Shown one piece after another: positions 19,827-28,884 of a DNA stretch of 64,000 nucleotides; position 1 is the stretch's first letter, and every line of letters begins with the position of its first letter. The position numbers and the translations under genes were made by a program. The stretch is taken from positions 234,834 to 298,833 of IMG/VR virus record IMGVR_UViG_3300042350_004528. One strand, 5' to 3'. Below the pieces are notes generated by a model. That model had not been told where the DNA came from, ran no database searches, and was given only the letters and a program-made list of their open reading frames with translations.

Positions 19827-20917
19827 CTTATCGCATATATTCTTTTTCTAAAACGAATTAACAAGTCGTCAACAAATTTTCTATCAACAGAATTAGGTAG
19901 ATCTGATTTTGCGTAAAGGTCATCCAAAAGTGTGATTTTTGATTCCGCTTCGGCAAGAAGATCCTCATATTCAGCATCACCATTTCTTATTTTAAGTAAT
20001 TCCTCAGCATCTGGTCTTTTGACGATCACTTGTTTAAGTTCGGCAATCTCGGTTGCCATACGTATCAACCTAATACAGTGCATCATATTTTTTGAATCAT
20101 AACCCTTACCATGTTCTTGGTTTGTGTTATATCGATCGTCATTACGCTTTTCAACCCAATCCCAGTATTCCTTATAATCTTTACAGTAAGAAGTATAACC
20201 ATCCTTGTTATAGATAATTGTCGCAACTGGCTTTTCGCCAAATGGAATGGAACTTAATCTAACCTCATTCGATGTGTCATCATCATTGACGATGCCACGA
20301 TAACCGAGCCTAGAATTTTCTTTACTGGCGTAATGATCATAAAACATGGCGTATACATCTCTGGCATGTGGTACATTAACCAAACCACATTTGTTCTGTA
20401 CATAACCACTATTGTCCAAAAATGCTTTGAGTGGGATCGATTTATAACCATCGACAACATAGCAAAAATCCAATATAGATTTGCGCTCTTTGTCAACTGG
20501 GTTTACAATTTTTTTGTTTAACCCGCGAGCTTTTTTAATTTGTGCGACAGCGTACCCACCAAATGAATCGCGGCAAACTTTACTGATGAACTTATCCTTA
20601 TGTTGTAGAATCATATCAAACATTGGGTGTTTGTAAAGTATATTCTCTTCGGGCATATTGAATAACTCAATTATGTTTGGGTTTTGCGATTGTAATAATT
20701 GCAAGAACCTACCAATCTCATAGTAGACAGCATCATTTGTGGCATCCGAAACTTGTTCAATATAGTCATATCCCAGTACGTTATCAAGCGGTAAGTAGTA
20801 AACTCCACGATAATCGGTATCGGATGTTGGTTTGTGTGTACCATACGCCCTTGATCCAGATATTGTTTCAAACAATAAAAGTCCATTCGTTCTTAAATAA
20901 TCTATCGTTAATCGCAT
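19823..20917 (-). CDS. Pol-beta superfamily nucleotidyltransferase (RlaP/YcgL-like)
   Basis: SGSRAYG...SDTDYRGVY, NPNIIE, YDSKNMMHCIRL. Confidence 0.85.
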   Translation of the reverse strand: MRLTIDYLRTNGLLLFETISGSRAYGTHKPTSDTDYRGVYYLPLDNVLGYDYIEQVSDATNDAVYYEIGRFLQLLQSQNPNIIELFNMPEENILYKHPMFDMILQHKDKFISKVCRDSFGGYAVAQIKKARGLNKKIVNPVDKERKSILDFCYVVDGYKSIPLKAFLDNSGYVQNKCGLVNVPHARDVYAMFYDHYASKENSRLGYRGIVNDDDTSNEVRLSSIPFGEKPVATIIYNKDGYTSYCKDYKEYWDWVEKRNDDRYNTNQEHGKGYDSKNMMHCIRLIRMATEIAELKQVIVKRPDAEELLKIRNGDAEYEDLLAEAESKITLLDDLYAKSDLPNSVDRKFVDDLLIRFRKRIYAIS

Positions 20918-21393
20918 ATCATTTCTAATTTAAACCATTCGGGTATTTCTCTTTTTGTCCACTTAGCGAAATCGGCTTTAGCACCTATGTAATAATTTCG
21001 GTACGATTGAACCACCGAATAACCAACTTTATATTCGTCAGGCATAGCCATCGGTGGTGTTGTTGCACCAACATCCCTGGGTAACATTGGTACGTTCTTA
21101 GCGCACCATTCAATGATCGCTTCAGATTTATGTACCTTACCGTATCGGTATGTATATTCTTCACACAACGCTAAACCAATTTCACAAAGATACTCATAAT
21201 TCTCATCACTTTCTCTGACCCATTTTGCGCAGGGGTGGTTTTTGTGGCTAAGTTTGTATGGCGCTTCTGAACCAACCATCCAGCAAGCTCCACATAATAA
21301 TTGTGCTGTTTCAAGAATCATCTTCACAACATGCTTATCACAATGATATTCAGCAATTTTACGTGGGTTAGTGTCTAAAAAGAATATATTCAT
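20908..21393 (-). CDS. Pyrimidine-dimer DNA glycosylase-like protein
   Basis: MNIFFLD...HCDKHVVKMILETAQLL, HKNHPC, PPMAMPD, YRNYY. Confidence 0.7.
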   Translation of the reverse strand: MNIFFLDTNPRKIAEYHCDKHVVKMILETAQLLCGACWMVGSEAPYKLSHKNHPCAKWVRESDENYEYLCEIGLALCEEYTYRYGKVHKSEAIIEWCAKNVPMLPRDVGATTPPMAMPDEYKVGYSVVQSYRNYYIGAKADFAKWTKREIPEWFKLEMICD

Positions 21394-21557
21394 ACCTTAT
21401 TTTTCAACAAAGATACGCAAATATTTTTAATTCGCAAATTTTTTTGTAAAATTAGGGTATTTATGATTAAAAAGCGGTGACAGTTTGTCAGTAAGCATAA
21501 AATTAAATCTAACACATATGGACAGTGAGAGTTATAGGAGTGAAAAAAAGAGTGACA

Positions 21558-21770
21558 ATGGAGACCGTTGTGTTGATGCTGGCGACATTTTTCAACCCAC
21601 TTGGGTTCGATGCCCTATTCGCGTATGTAATGAAATTGACAGGTTCTTACTGGATTACGGATTTAATTTTTTACCTTATATCAGTTTCGTTATTTATATT
21701 ATACTTTTTCTTAAAGAAACGTTCTGATCATTCTTCTTCGTCAGTTTCGAAAAATCCATCTTTATCGTAG
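21558..21770 (+). CDS. Small two-TM membrane protein
   Basis: METVVLMLATFFNPLGFDAL...; preceded by a TATTTAT motif. Confidence 0.55.
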   Translation: METVVLMLATFFNPLGFDALFAYVMKLTGSYWITDLIFYLISVSLFILYFFLKKRSDHSSSSVSKNPSLS

Positions 21771-22093
21771 TCGTATTCAACACAAGGGTATGGCCTACCT
21801 CGTTCATCTAAGTATTGCCAAACACCGTCATCCTTTGTAATTTTTCCCATATATTCATCCCCTGGATGTTCAACCCATCTCCAATCTTTATTCTCAATAC
21901 CTTCAGGTAACTCTGGATTATCTATTGGTGGATCATATGCATTTACATTCGTGTGATGCCAATTACATGAGCATCCAATATCATCTGAGGAAGATATACA
22001 ATCATCACAAAAATAAGGGTTTGCACCACCAGAAAAACCTGGCATATAAACATATACGGCCATTTTACCGCAATCACATTTAGCTTTACTCAT
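21728..22093 (-). CDS. Cys-rich hypothetical protein
   Basis: CDC...CDDC...CSC...PC. Confidence 0.6.
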   Translation of the reverse strand: MSKAKCDCGKMAVYVYMPGFSGGANPYFCDDCISSSDDIGCSCNWHHTNVNAYDPPIDNPELPEGIENKDWRWVEHPGDEYMGKITKDDGVWQYLDERGRPYPCVEYDYDKDGFFETDEEE

Positions 22094-22482
22094 AAATGTA
22101 TCAAAACTTTTGATTGGTGAAATAAAGGTACAAATGCAACGTTTGTTAATGGATCAAAATCCTCAATTAATTCTGTATTAATATCATCAATTTCAATCCT
22201 ACAAACACCATCATTTGATTTGATTGTCTCTAAGTGATGTTTATTAAGTAGAGTGAGTCTGAATAAACCATTTTCATCCGCACCTTCATTTACCCAACCA
22301 ATGTTTTTAGGTTCCACCAATACAGGTTTAGCCCATTGAATTTGTTCACCTAATAGCTCATCAAAATTAGCAACAACTAAATTATCATTGATACAAAAAA
22401 CAAATAATTGATTATTAGAATCCTCTGATAATATATAATTCTCATCGTTAATCGTAACTAATTGTACTTCTTTTAATTTCAT
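22090..22482 (-). CDS. Hypothetical protein
   Basis: 130-aa ORF. Confidence 0.55.
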   Translation of the reverse strand: MKLKEVQLVTINDENYILSEDSNNQLFVFCINDNLVVANFDELLGEQIQWAKPVLVEPKNIGWVNEGADENGLFRLTLLNKHHLETIKSNDGVCRIEIDDINTELIEDFDPLTNVAFVPLFHQSKVLIHL

Positions 22483-22620
22483 TTACCGTATTCTTGCTTT
22501 AACATTTGTCTTACAAAGTGTTGTGTGGCTATCCTTTCAACATAACCACATAACAAATCAATTTCTTCATCAGTTAATTTTGTATCACATAAAAAATTAG
22601 ATAACTCCTCAATCACCTCA

Positions 22621-23073
22621 TTACTGATGTTGAGTTGGCGTAACCTGCTTAGGTTTTTTACCTCTATATTTCTTTTTTGTCGTGTTAGTTTTTTTAGCAA
22701 CGACTTCAGTTTTTGGTGAATCATTTGGTTCAGTTTTTTTATGTGTTTTATTAACAACTTTTTTTGGTACTGGGGTGAGAGTTACTTCCGTTGTTTGTGT
22801 TTTTGGTTTTTTCTTATAATACCTTTTTTTCTTTGGTTTTTCATCGGTAACCACAGGCCTATCATCAAAAACGTTCATTTTTAGTGTTATTTGATTTAAA
22901 TCATCCGATTTAAACTCACCCCTTAATACATTCTCGAACTCATTTTTAATATCAACACCGTGATATTTTTCCAATGTATCAACTGTTGATTGATTGATGT
23001 TTACTGTAACAGTTTTTTTAGGTTTCATACCTAAAATACGTCTAATAAAATTAGTTATATTATTCATAATCAT
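22621..23073 (-). CDS. Hypothetical protein with Lys-rich C-terminus
   Basis: 150-aa ORF with KKKRYYKKK and KKKYRGKK. Confidence 0.55.
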   Translation of the reverse strand: MIMNNITNFIRRILGMKPKKTVTVNINQSTVDTLEKYHGVDIKNEFENVLRGEFKSDDLNQITLKMNVFDDRPVVTDEKPKKKRYYKKKPKTQTTEVTLTPVPKKVVNKTHKKTEPNDSPKTEVVAKKTNTTKKKYRGKKPKQVTPTQHQ

Positions 23074-23115
23074 GTTTTTTTTGTAAATTTAAGAAAAAAA
23101 AATCAGAAAGTCAAG

Positions 23116-23565
23116 TCACTGAATGGTAAACATGGTGACCGATTGGTCTGGTTGATGCTTATCTAGTAAAACATCCAACCCACTTTCAATAAATTTAGAC
23201 ATTATTTTTTTTCTAACGAATATACCCAATTTCTTATGTGGGTAGAGATAAATCATCTTATTTGGTGTGAAGAATCTTTTATCTTGGCTAATATGTCCAC
23301 AAAAAATTAATTTATTCTTATGTAAAGACAGTTCGTTAAAAAAATCATCATCCAATTTATGACATATGGTATTCTGTTCTTTGGTTTGTGATAAAAGTAT
23401 ATTAAAATTATAGTAATTTAGATATGTTGAGATACCGCCACTTTCAAAACCTTTTAAAAATACGATAGATAATTGTTTTATTGGTTGATGTTGATACAAA
23501 TCTTCATTGAATAATAAATCATACAATTTCGGATCTATCTCAAAGTAATTTTTAGCAAGGATCAT
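23116..23565 (-). CDS. Hypothetical protein
   Basis: 149-aa ORF. Confidence 0.5.
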   Translation of the reverse strand: MILAKNYFEIDPKLYDLLFNEDLYQHQPIKQLSIVFLKGFESGGISTYLNYYNFNILLSQTKEQNTICHKLDDDFFNELSLHKNKLIFCGHISQDKRFFTPNKMIYLYPHKKLGIFVRKKIMSKFIESGLDVLLDKHQPDQSVTMFTIQ

Positions 23566-23906
23566 TAAAATTTAAAATTGAACTTATTTTCGAAATCTTT
23601 CTTTGTGACTGTATTAATACTCGAAACAATTTCATTTGGGATAACCACAATTATACCGTATGAACGGGAGAATTTTTCACAATACCCCATATATTTGTTG
23701 GTAATTTTTCGCCCCTCGATTAAATCAAAATATACTTTACCATTGATAATAAACTCTGGTTTCATCAAAACCGTTTCGGTAATAAAAAACACCTCGTTAT
23801 TTGGTTGTATCGTTAAACCATTGTCAACACACCACTGGTTTAATATGTGGTAATTACCCATCTGGCCTCGTTTAACACCCGTAAAAACTTTAAGTTTTTC
23901 TGACAT
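23565..23906 (-). CDS. Hypothetical protein
   Basis: ORF; start placed at MSEKL. Confidence 0.5.
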   Translation of the reverse strand: MSEKLKVFTGVKRGQMGNYHILNQWCVDNGLTIQPNNEVFFITETVLMKPEFIINGKVYFDLIEGRKITNKYMGYCEKFSRSYGIIVVIPNEIVSSINTVTKKDFENKFNFKF

Positions 23907-23978
23907 AGTGAATATTTTTTTTACAAATATAAATATAATCCAAAAAAATTCCATACCTTTGCGTGATATTTATGTAAA

Positions 23979-26063
23979 ATGGCACAAAAAGTATCATATA
24001 CAGGGGTTTTCTTGGACAAGGATTCAAGAGCCGTATTAGAAAAAGAGTTCAAATCGCAGGTTCCTGATGGATGGGAGTGGATTGCGCATCATATGACCAT
24101 AACTTTAGGGGAAATGGTTGATAAATCGGAATTGGGTAAACAAGTTGCCCTTAATATAGTTTCATTTGGTAAAGATGATAAAGTCATGGCAATTGGTGTC
24201 AAGGGTTACCCTAGTAAAAATGAAAAACCGCACATTACTTTAGCCGTTAATCGCGCTGAGGGTGGTAAACCTTATATGAGTAATTTAATTAAGGAATGGG
24301 TACCATACTCGATCGGTGCCATATTAACTGGTGTTGTCAGTGAATACCCGCCACAATCTAAAGAAACACTTAATGAAGCTTATGATATTAAATCATTACC
24401 GTTCTATAACGATGTTATCAATAAAAACGGTAAAATATATCAGGTTGGTGGGGCTGTTAGAGATTTGTATCTGGGTAAACAATCTAAAGACCTTGACATC
24501 GTTATTAGTGGAATACCAGCTAAGGAACTCGAAGATGTGTTGAAAAAATATGGTAAAGTTGATATGGTTGGTGCGTCATTTGGTGTTATTAAGTTCACAC
24601 CACCAGATGGTGAAGAAATTGATATTGCAATACCAAGAACTGAAAAGAAGAGTGGTGTTGGTTATCAGGGTTTTGATGTGTCGGCTGATCACACTCTCCC
24701 TATCGAAAAGGATCTTGAGAGAAGAGATTTCACAATAAATTCAATCGCTAAAGATAGTGATGGGAATGTTATTGATCCATTCGGTGGGTTAAAGGATCTT
24801 GATTCGAAGGTTATCAAATTAACAAACCCTAAGGCTTTTTCAGATGACCCATTAAGGATGTTAAGGGCGATTCAATTTGCGTCTAGGTTTGGTTTTAAAA
24901 TAGATGAGGAAACGTTTGATGCTATTAAAAAGAATGCGATGACTATTGACGAAATATCAAAAGAGAGAATATTGATAGAGTTTGATAAAATCGTAAACAA
25001 AGGTAATCCCAGAGTCGGAGCTGAGTTATTAGTTTCAAGTGGATTGTACAGGGGCATATTCGGTACCGAGTTTGATGGTGATTTTGAACCGTTTGACCAA
25101 GTAACTAGGAACAGTGAGTTCGCTTACTGGTTGATCCAATCGTTCACCGAACAACCAGACCAATACTATAAGAATATAATGAAAGGTGACATCGATACGG
25201 CTAGAGAGATATCAGCTTTGGCTTATATGTATAACAACTTACCTGGTAACGACAAAGCAAAACAAAGATTTGTTTATTTTAATATAAATAAGATATCACC
25301 ACAGATGTTTAATAGTAATTTCGTGAGAAGTATATTGAGTGATGTTATCAATGACTTTGATTCTCAAAAATACCCAGCTGGTTATTCGGATTTAAAAGTC
25401 AATGGTAATGATTTAATGGCAATGGGTTTAAAAGGTAAAGCTGTTGGTGATATGTTAAATAAATTAATCTCTGCAATATATTCTGATAAAATTGAAAATA
25501 CAAAGAATGGTTTGTTGGGTTTTGTTGAGAGGAATAAGGATATGTTAAATGAATCTGTTGGTGGTACAAATAAGAATAGAGTTGTGTTTTATGATTTTGA
25601 TGGTACTTTAATGGATAGTCCACTTCCTGACACAGGTAAACAAATCTATAAAGAAAAAACTGGTAATGTATACCCACATCAAGGTTGGTGGGGTCGTGCT
25701 GAGAGTTTGGATTTAAATGTCTTCGACATAAAAACAAATCCAGATGTTGAGGCTAAATTTAGAGCTGACTCATCGGATCCAAATACGCATGTTGTTTTAT
25801 TAACCAATAGGTTGTCAAAACTTGAGGAACCAATTAAAAAAGTTCTTGACAAACATAATATGGTATTCGATTTTTATTCTTTTAAAAATGATGGTCGTGA
25901 AAAGGGTGAACGTGTTTTGGATATTTTAGCCAAAGTATATCCGAATACGAATGAAATTGAATTTTATGATGACGATGAGCGACACATTCAAAATGTAAGA
26001 GATAATTTAATCGACACCGATTACGATTTCAAGGTGAATCAAGTTATTGATGGTAGATTATAA
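23979..26063 (+). CDS. Three-domain RNA end-repair protein: 2H phosphoesterase + CCA-adding/poly(A)-pol-type nucleotidyltransferase + HAD phosphatase
   Basis: HHMT and PHIT (2H); VGGAVRD...DLDIV, RRDFTINS, DDPLRMLRA (class II NTase); FYDFDGTL...LLTNR...FYDD (HAD). Confidence 0.85.
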   Translation: MAQKVSYTGVFLDKDSRAVLEKEFKSQVPDGWEWIAHHMTITLGEMVDKSELGKQVALNIVSFGKDDKVMAIGVKGYPSKNEKPHITLAVNRAEGGKPYMSNLIKEWVPYSIGAILTGVVSEYPPQSKETLNEAYDIKSLPFYNDVINKNGKIYQVGGAVRDLYLGKQSKDLDIVISGIPAKELEDVLKKYGKVDMVGASFGVIKFTPPDGEEIDIAIPRTEKKSGVGYQGFDVSADHTLPIEKDLERRDFTINSIAKDSDGNVIDPFGGLKDLDSKVIKLTNPKAFSDDPLRMLRAIQFASRFGFKIDEETFDAIKKNAMTIDEISKERILIEFDKIVNKGNPRVGAELLVSSGLYRGIFGTEFDGDFEPFDQVTRNSEFAYWLIQSFTEQPDQYYKNIMKGDIDTAREISALAYMYNNLPGNDKAKQRFVYFNINKISPQMFNSNFVRSILSDVINDFDSQKYPAGYSDLKVNGNDLMAMGLKGKAVGDMLNKLISAIYSDKIENTKNGLLGFVERNKDMLNESVGGTNKNRVVFYDFDGTLMDSPLPDTGKQIYKEKTGNVYPHQGWWGRAESLDLNVFDIKTNPDVEAKFRADSSDPNTHVVLLTNRLSKLEEPIKKVLDKHNMVFDFYSFKNDGREKGERVLDILAKVYPNTNEIEFYDDDERHIQNVRDNLIDTDYDFKVNQVIDGRL

Positions 26064-26120
26064 AAAAAGCCGAGAATATTCTCGGCTCTTTATTTTTAGA
26101 TCTGAATCTATCTATCGAAA

Positions 26121-26729
26121 TTAAACTATATCTGTTGATTCTAGCAAAGTGTAACTAAATTTGTTACCGTGTATTTTTGATGCTTTTCTACATATCTGCA
26201 TAAAAATATCGAAATCAATAACTCTTTTAAAAACCTGACACCCCTCAGACCAATTTTCAACCCAAGTTGAATCTCGACCAGCTTTGTGTATATTGATACC
26301 AAACATACCAGTATCTGTTACTGTTTCTTGAAAAGTTAAATCTCTATTAGCATCTCTGTAAACCGTAACATTGCCATTTCTTTGGCATAATGCGGAATAC
26401 TTTCCTTGATGTAAATCGATAGACCAAACACTTCTATATTGGCCTGGAACTAATCTAGCAACCCCTTTGTTATTGTGAAATTCCATAACGCCCTTCTTAC
26501 CAGGATCAGTTGTTGCATTCCAGCAGTAGAATTTCCAAGTGCCAGTTTCGTCTTTGTATGATATTGTCAAACAATCATCAAACACATTTGTTACTTTGTC
26601 AGCAACAGATGGTGTGTTTAACCTAACACCAACTATGTTGACATCATACGTTTTATTTTTATCATCGTTAAACCAAACATAATTTTTTGATTTAACAGCC
26701 CTCTCAATTTGTTCTCTCGTATAACACAT
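26121..26729 (-). CDS. Putative cell-wall enzyme (YkuD/L,D-transpeptidase-like His...Cys motif)
   Basis: GINIHKAG...WSEGCQV; lies next to lysis genes. Confidence 0.5.
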   Translation of the reverse strand: MCYTREQIERAVKSKNYVWFNDDKNKTYDVNIVGVRLNTPSVADKVTNVFDDCLTISYKDETGTWKFYCWNATTDPGKKGVMEFHNNKGVARLVPGQYRSVWSIDLHQGKYSALCQRNGNVTVYRDANRDLTFQETVTDTGMFGINIHKAGRDSTWVENWSEGCQVFKRVIDFDIFMQICRKASKIHGNKFSYTLLESTDIV

Positions 26730-26731
26730 AT

Positions 26732-27022
26732 TTAATCTCTAGTTGGGAAAATACCCTGAAGGGCGATGCATGTTTCCATGTACGGTTTACCTTGGTAAAT
26801 ATCACCAATATTTAACTGAACCAAATTACCGTGTTCATCTTTTGGTCTTAAATCTGGTAACGCAAATGTCGTAACACCATCGCCACCATAATATGTACCC
26901 AATAGAGCAAATAATGCTGTGTTTTGTGAAATTGATAATAATTGTCCGTGGCAGAAAGCCCAACCACGTGGTGCAAATGGGAATCCAAATTGTTGAATTT
27001 GCCCTAAAAATTGTTCATCCAT
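26732..27022 (-). CDS. Stand-alone tail-collar domain protein
   Basis: LGQIQQFGFPFAPRGWAFCHGQLLSI...LLGTYYGGDG...FALPDLR. Confidence 0.85.
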   Translation of the reverse strand: MDEQFLGQIQQFGFPFAPRGWAFCHGQLLSISQNTALFALLGTYYGGDGVTTFALPDLRPKDEHGNLVQLNIGDIYQGKPYMETCIALQGIFPTRD

Positions 27023-27053
27023 ATTTAATTTTTTTTATTTAATTTTATTTATT

Positions 27054-27344
27054 TTAAAATTTAGCATCTGCGATAAGTTTTTTTCGGTATAATGGTGTGG
27101 TTAACTTACTCTCATTAACATATTCACCGATTATTGCTATGTAATAAAGTGGTAACCCCATTGCCATAGCTTGGCTATTAAAGTCTGGTAAAGAAAAATT
27201 TTGCGCACTATCACCACCATAAGTATTTCCAATCACAGCGTACAACGCTTTACTTGATGGTTCCGCACGTGAACCATCACACGGGGCCCAGATCATTGGG
27301 TTTGGGGTGTAAGCAAACTGTCTTATTTCTCCAATTGTTATCAT
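27054..27344 (-). CDS. Stand-alone tail-collar domain protein (paralog)
   Basis: IGEIRQF...WAPCDG...LYAVIGNTYGGD...FSLPD. Confidence 0.75.
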   Translation of the reverse strand: MITIGEIRQFAYTPNPMIWAPCDGSRAEPSSKALYAVIGNTYGGDSAQNFSLPDFNSQAMAMGLPLYYIAIIGEYVNESKLTTPLYRKKLIADAKF

Positions 27345-28078
27345 TGTAATAAGTTATTAAATTTTTTGAAATATTTTAGTCTATCATCTAAACCATTTGT
27401 TCCACCATTAACTCTTTTTGTTACTGAAATAACAGTTGCATCGTCAGCTCCTCTATCACAGATAGTCCATAGTTTATTGCTATTAAAAAAATATGCCGCA
27501 GACATCATTGGGTATTTTGTTGCAACCAAATCTGGATTGGCGACACAATCTTCACCGCAGAACTTAGAAAATTTACCATAATTTGCCCTACCAGTTAATT
27601 GTATATAACCTCTTCCTTTAAATCTTACACCATCACCTGGTTGTGTGTTACCAAGATCTTTTCTACCCTCATATGCAGCACCTGACGCAAATTCAACAAC
27701 CCATTTAAAGTTACCAGATTCGTGTGCACATTGCGCTAAAAAGTGAGCTAATCTTAAATTAGTTGTTATATTAAATTTTGCGGCTGTATCTGGTATCTGA
27801 GCTAAAACGTTATCTGGTATTTGTCCTTTTAATTTATCAAGATTTAAACCAGAGTTGTTTGAAATAACTGTTTCAGTTTTTTTAGGTTCTGGAAACATTT
27901 TACCCCAGGTTATATCACCCACAATACCATCATCAAGTAATCCATTGGCTTTCTGCCATGCTTTCACAGCGGCCTCAGTTTTTGGGCCAAAAGTCCCAAG
28001 TGCTTTACCAGCATCTACACCCAAAAAGTTCTGTAATTTTTTTACATCTTCACCTTTTGATCCAATCTTTAACAACAT
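27341..28078 (-). CDS. Endolysin: peptidoglycan-binding domain + GH19
   Basis: LKIGSKGEDVKKLQ...DGIVG; HFLAQCAHES, FKGRGYIQLTG, VTKRVNGG. Confidence 0.9.
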   Translation of the reverse strand: MLLKIGSKGEDVKKLQNFLGVDAGKALGTFGPKTEAAVKAWQKANGLLDDGIVGDITWGKMFPEPKKTETVISNNSGLNLDKLKGQIPDNVLAQIPDTAAKFNITTNLRLAHFLAQCAHESGNFKWVVEFASGAAYEGRKDLGNTQPGDGVRFKGRGYIQLTGRANYGKFSKFCGEDCVANPDLVATKYPMMSAAYFFNSNKLWTICDRGADDATVISVTKRVNGGTNGLDDRLKYFKKFNNLLQ

Positions 28079-28138
28079 ACTTCTTTATTTTATTATAAAT
28101 AGTATGAGATAAATAAAAGTAATAAAAAATTAGATTTG

Positions 28139-28209
28139 AGCTGGTAGTTGGAATCGAACCAATCTCTATAAGTTTTGCAGACTTATTGCACTCCATGTAC
28201 ATTACCAGC
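28139..28209 (-). tRNA. tRNA-Cys(GCA)
   Basis: TAAGT-CTGCAAA-ACTTA, U73. Confidence 0.85.
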
Positions 28210-28216
28210 ATATTAG

Positions 28217-28287
28217 CACGGGTGGAAGGATTCGAACCTCCATCGCTGGTTTTGGAGACCAGCATTCTACCATTGAAATACACCCGT
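28217..28287 (-). tRNA. tRNA-Trp(CCA)
   Basis: CTGGT-CTCCAAA-ACCAG. Confidence 0.9.
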
Positions 28288-28293
28288 ATATTG

Positions 28294-28363
28294 TGGACAC
28301 AGTGGGAATCGAACCCAAACGATCTCCTTGCAAGGGAGTCGACCTGCCTTCGGTATCTGGCCC
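28294..28363 (-). tRNA. tRNA-Ala(TGC), atypical
   Basis: CTCC-CTTGCAA-GGAG, G3:U70 kept, irregular acceptor and D arm. Confidence 0.7.
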
Positions 28364-28366
28364 ATA

Positions 28367-28453
28367 TGGCGGAGAGCGGAGTACTCGAAACTCATACCCG
28401 AAAGTACCACTCGCTTAGCAGGCGGTGACAGCACCCTGGCTGTGTCACTCTCC
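28367..28453 (-). tRNA. tRNA-Ser(GCT), atypical, CCA encoded
   Basis: CGC-CTGCTAA-GCG, long variable arm, G73, 5-bp D-stem. Confidence 0.75.
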
Positions 28454-28458
28454 ATTTG

Positions 28459-28534
28459 TCGGGAAAGCTGGATTCGAACCAGCGATCTCTCGCGTCCAAG
28501 GCGAGCGAGGATGACCTGACTCCTCCATTTCCCG
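28459..28534 (-). tRNA. tRNA-Pro(TGG)
   Basis: CTCGC-CTTGGAC-GCGAG, C1-G72, A73. Confidence 0.9.
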
Positions 28535-28539
28535 TTTTG

Positions 28540-28612
28540 TAGGGTAGACAGGGTTCGAACCTGCGACCCCGTGCTCCCAAAGCACGTGCGCTACCAACTG
28601 CGCTACTACCCT
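28540..28612 (-). tRNA. tRNA-Pro(TGG), second copy
   Basis: CGTGC-TTTGGGA-GCACG, A1-U72. Confidence 0.9.
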
Positions 28613-28619
28613 ATGTTTG

Positions 28620-28705
28620 TCGGAGTGGAGGGATTCGAACCCCCTGAGTTTCCAATGTGCCAGATTTACAGTCTGGTGCCCATCCGCCGTCTGAGCAGCA
28701 CTCCG
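28620..28705 (-). tRNA. tRNA-Tyr(GTA)
   Basis: CCAGA-CTGTAAA-TCTGG, long variable arm, C1-G72. Confidence 0.9.
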
Positions 28706-28720
28706 AAATGATATAAAACA

Positions 28721-28752
28721 AAAAACCCTGAGATTTTGTCCCAGGGCTTCTA
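28721..28752 (-). terminator. Intrinsic terminator of attenuator A
   Basis: CCCTGGGA-CAAAA-TCTCAGGG followed by a U tract; its 5' arm (TAGAAGCCCTG) is complementary to 28801-28811 in the leader ORF. Confidence 0.85.
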
Positions 28753-28785
28753 CTATTTTATATAATTAGTTTCCAAAAAAAATCG

Positions 28786-28884
28786 TTAACTAAAAGACAA
28801 TAGAAGCCCTGTTCCAGCTGGATATGCTGGAGCTGCTGGACAACTATACGGCCATGCCACGATATTTTTGTTCAAATTTTTCAT
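28786..28884 (-). CDS. Leader peptide A (32 aa) MKNLNKNIVAWPYSCPAAPAYPAGTGLLLSFS
   Basis: Hand translated; codons 10-23 are all Ala/Trp/Pro/Tyr/Ser(AGT)/Cys, the species in the downstream array. Confidence 0.8.
   Translation of the reverse strand: MKNLNKNIVAWPYSCPAAPAYPAGTGLLLSFS

Noticed and set aside
22479-22757. 92-aa minus-strand ORF
   Set aside because: Half overlaps 22621-23073 and has no clear start in the free part; left uncalled.
28094-28101. T4-type late promoter TATAAATA on the plus strand
   Set aside because: It points away from the adjacent gene in every case checked; the sense-strand motif is the reverse complement TATTTAT.
28050-28580. ORF-track entries 28050-28283, 28186-28428, 28267-28455, 28328-28519, 28392-28580
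   Set aside because: They overlap tRNA genes on either strand; the translations are tRNA shadow sequence.
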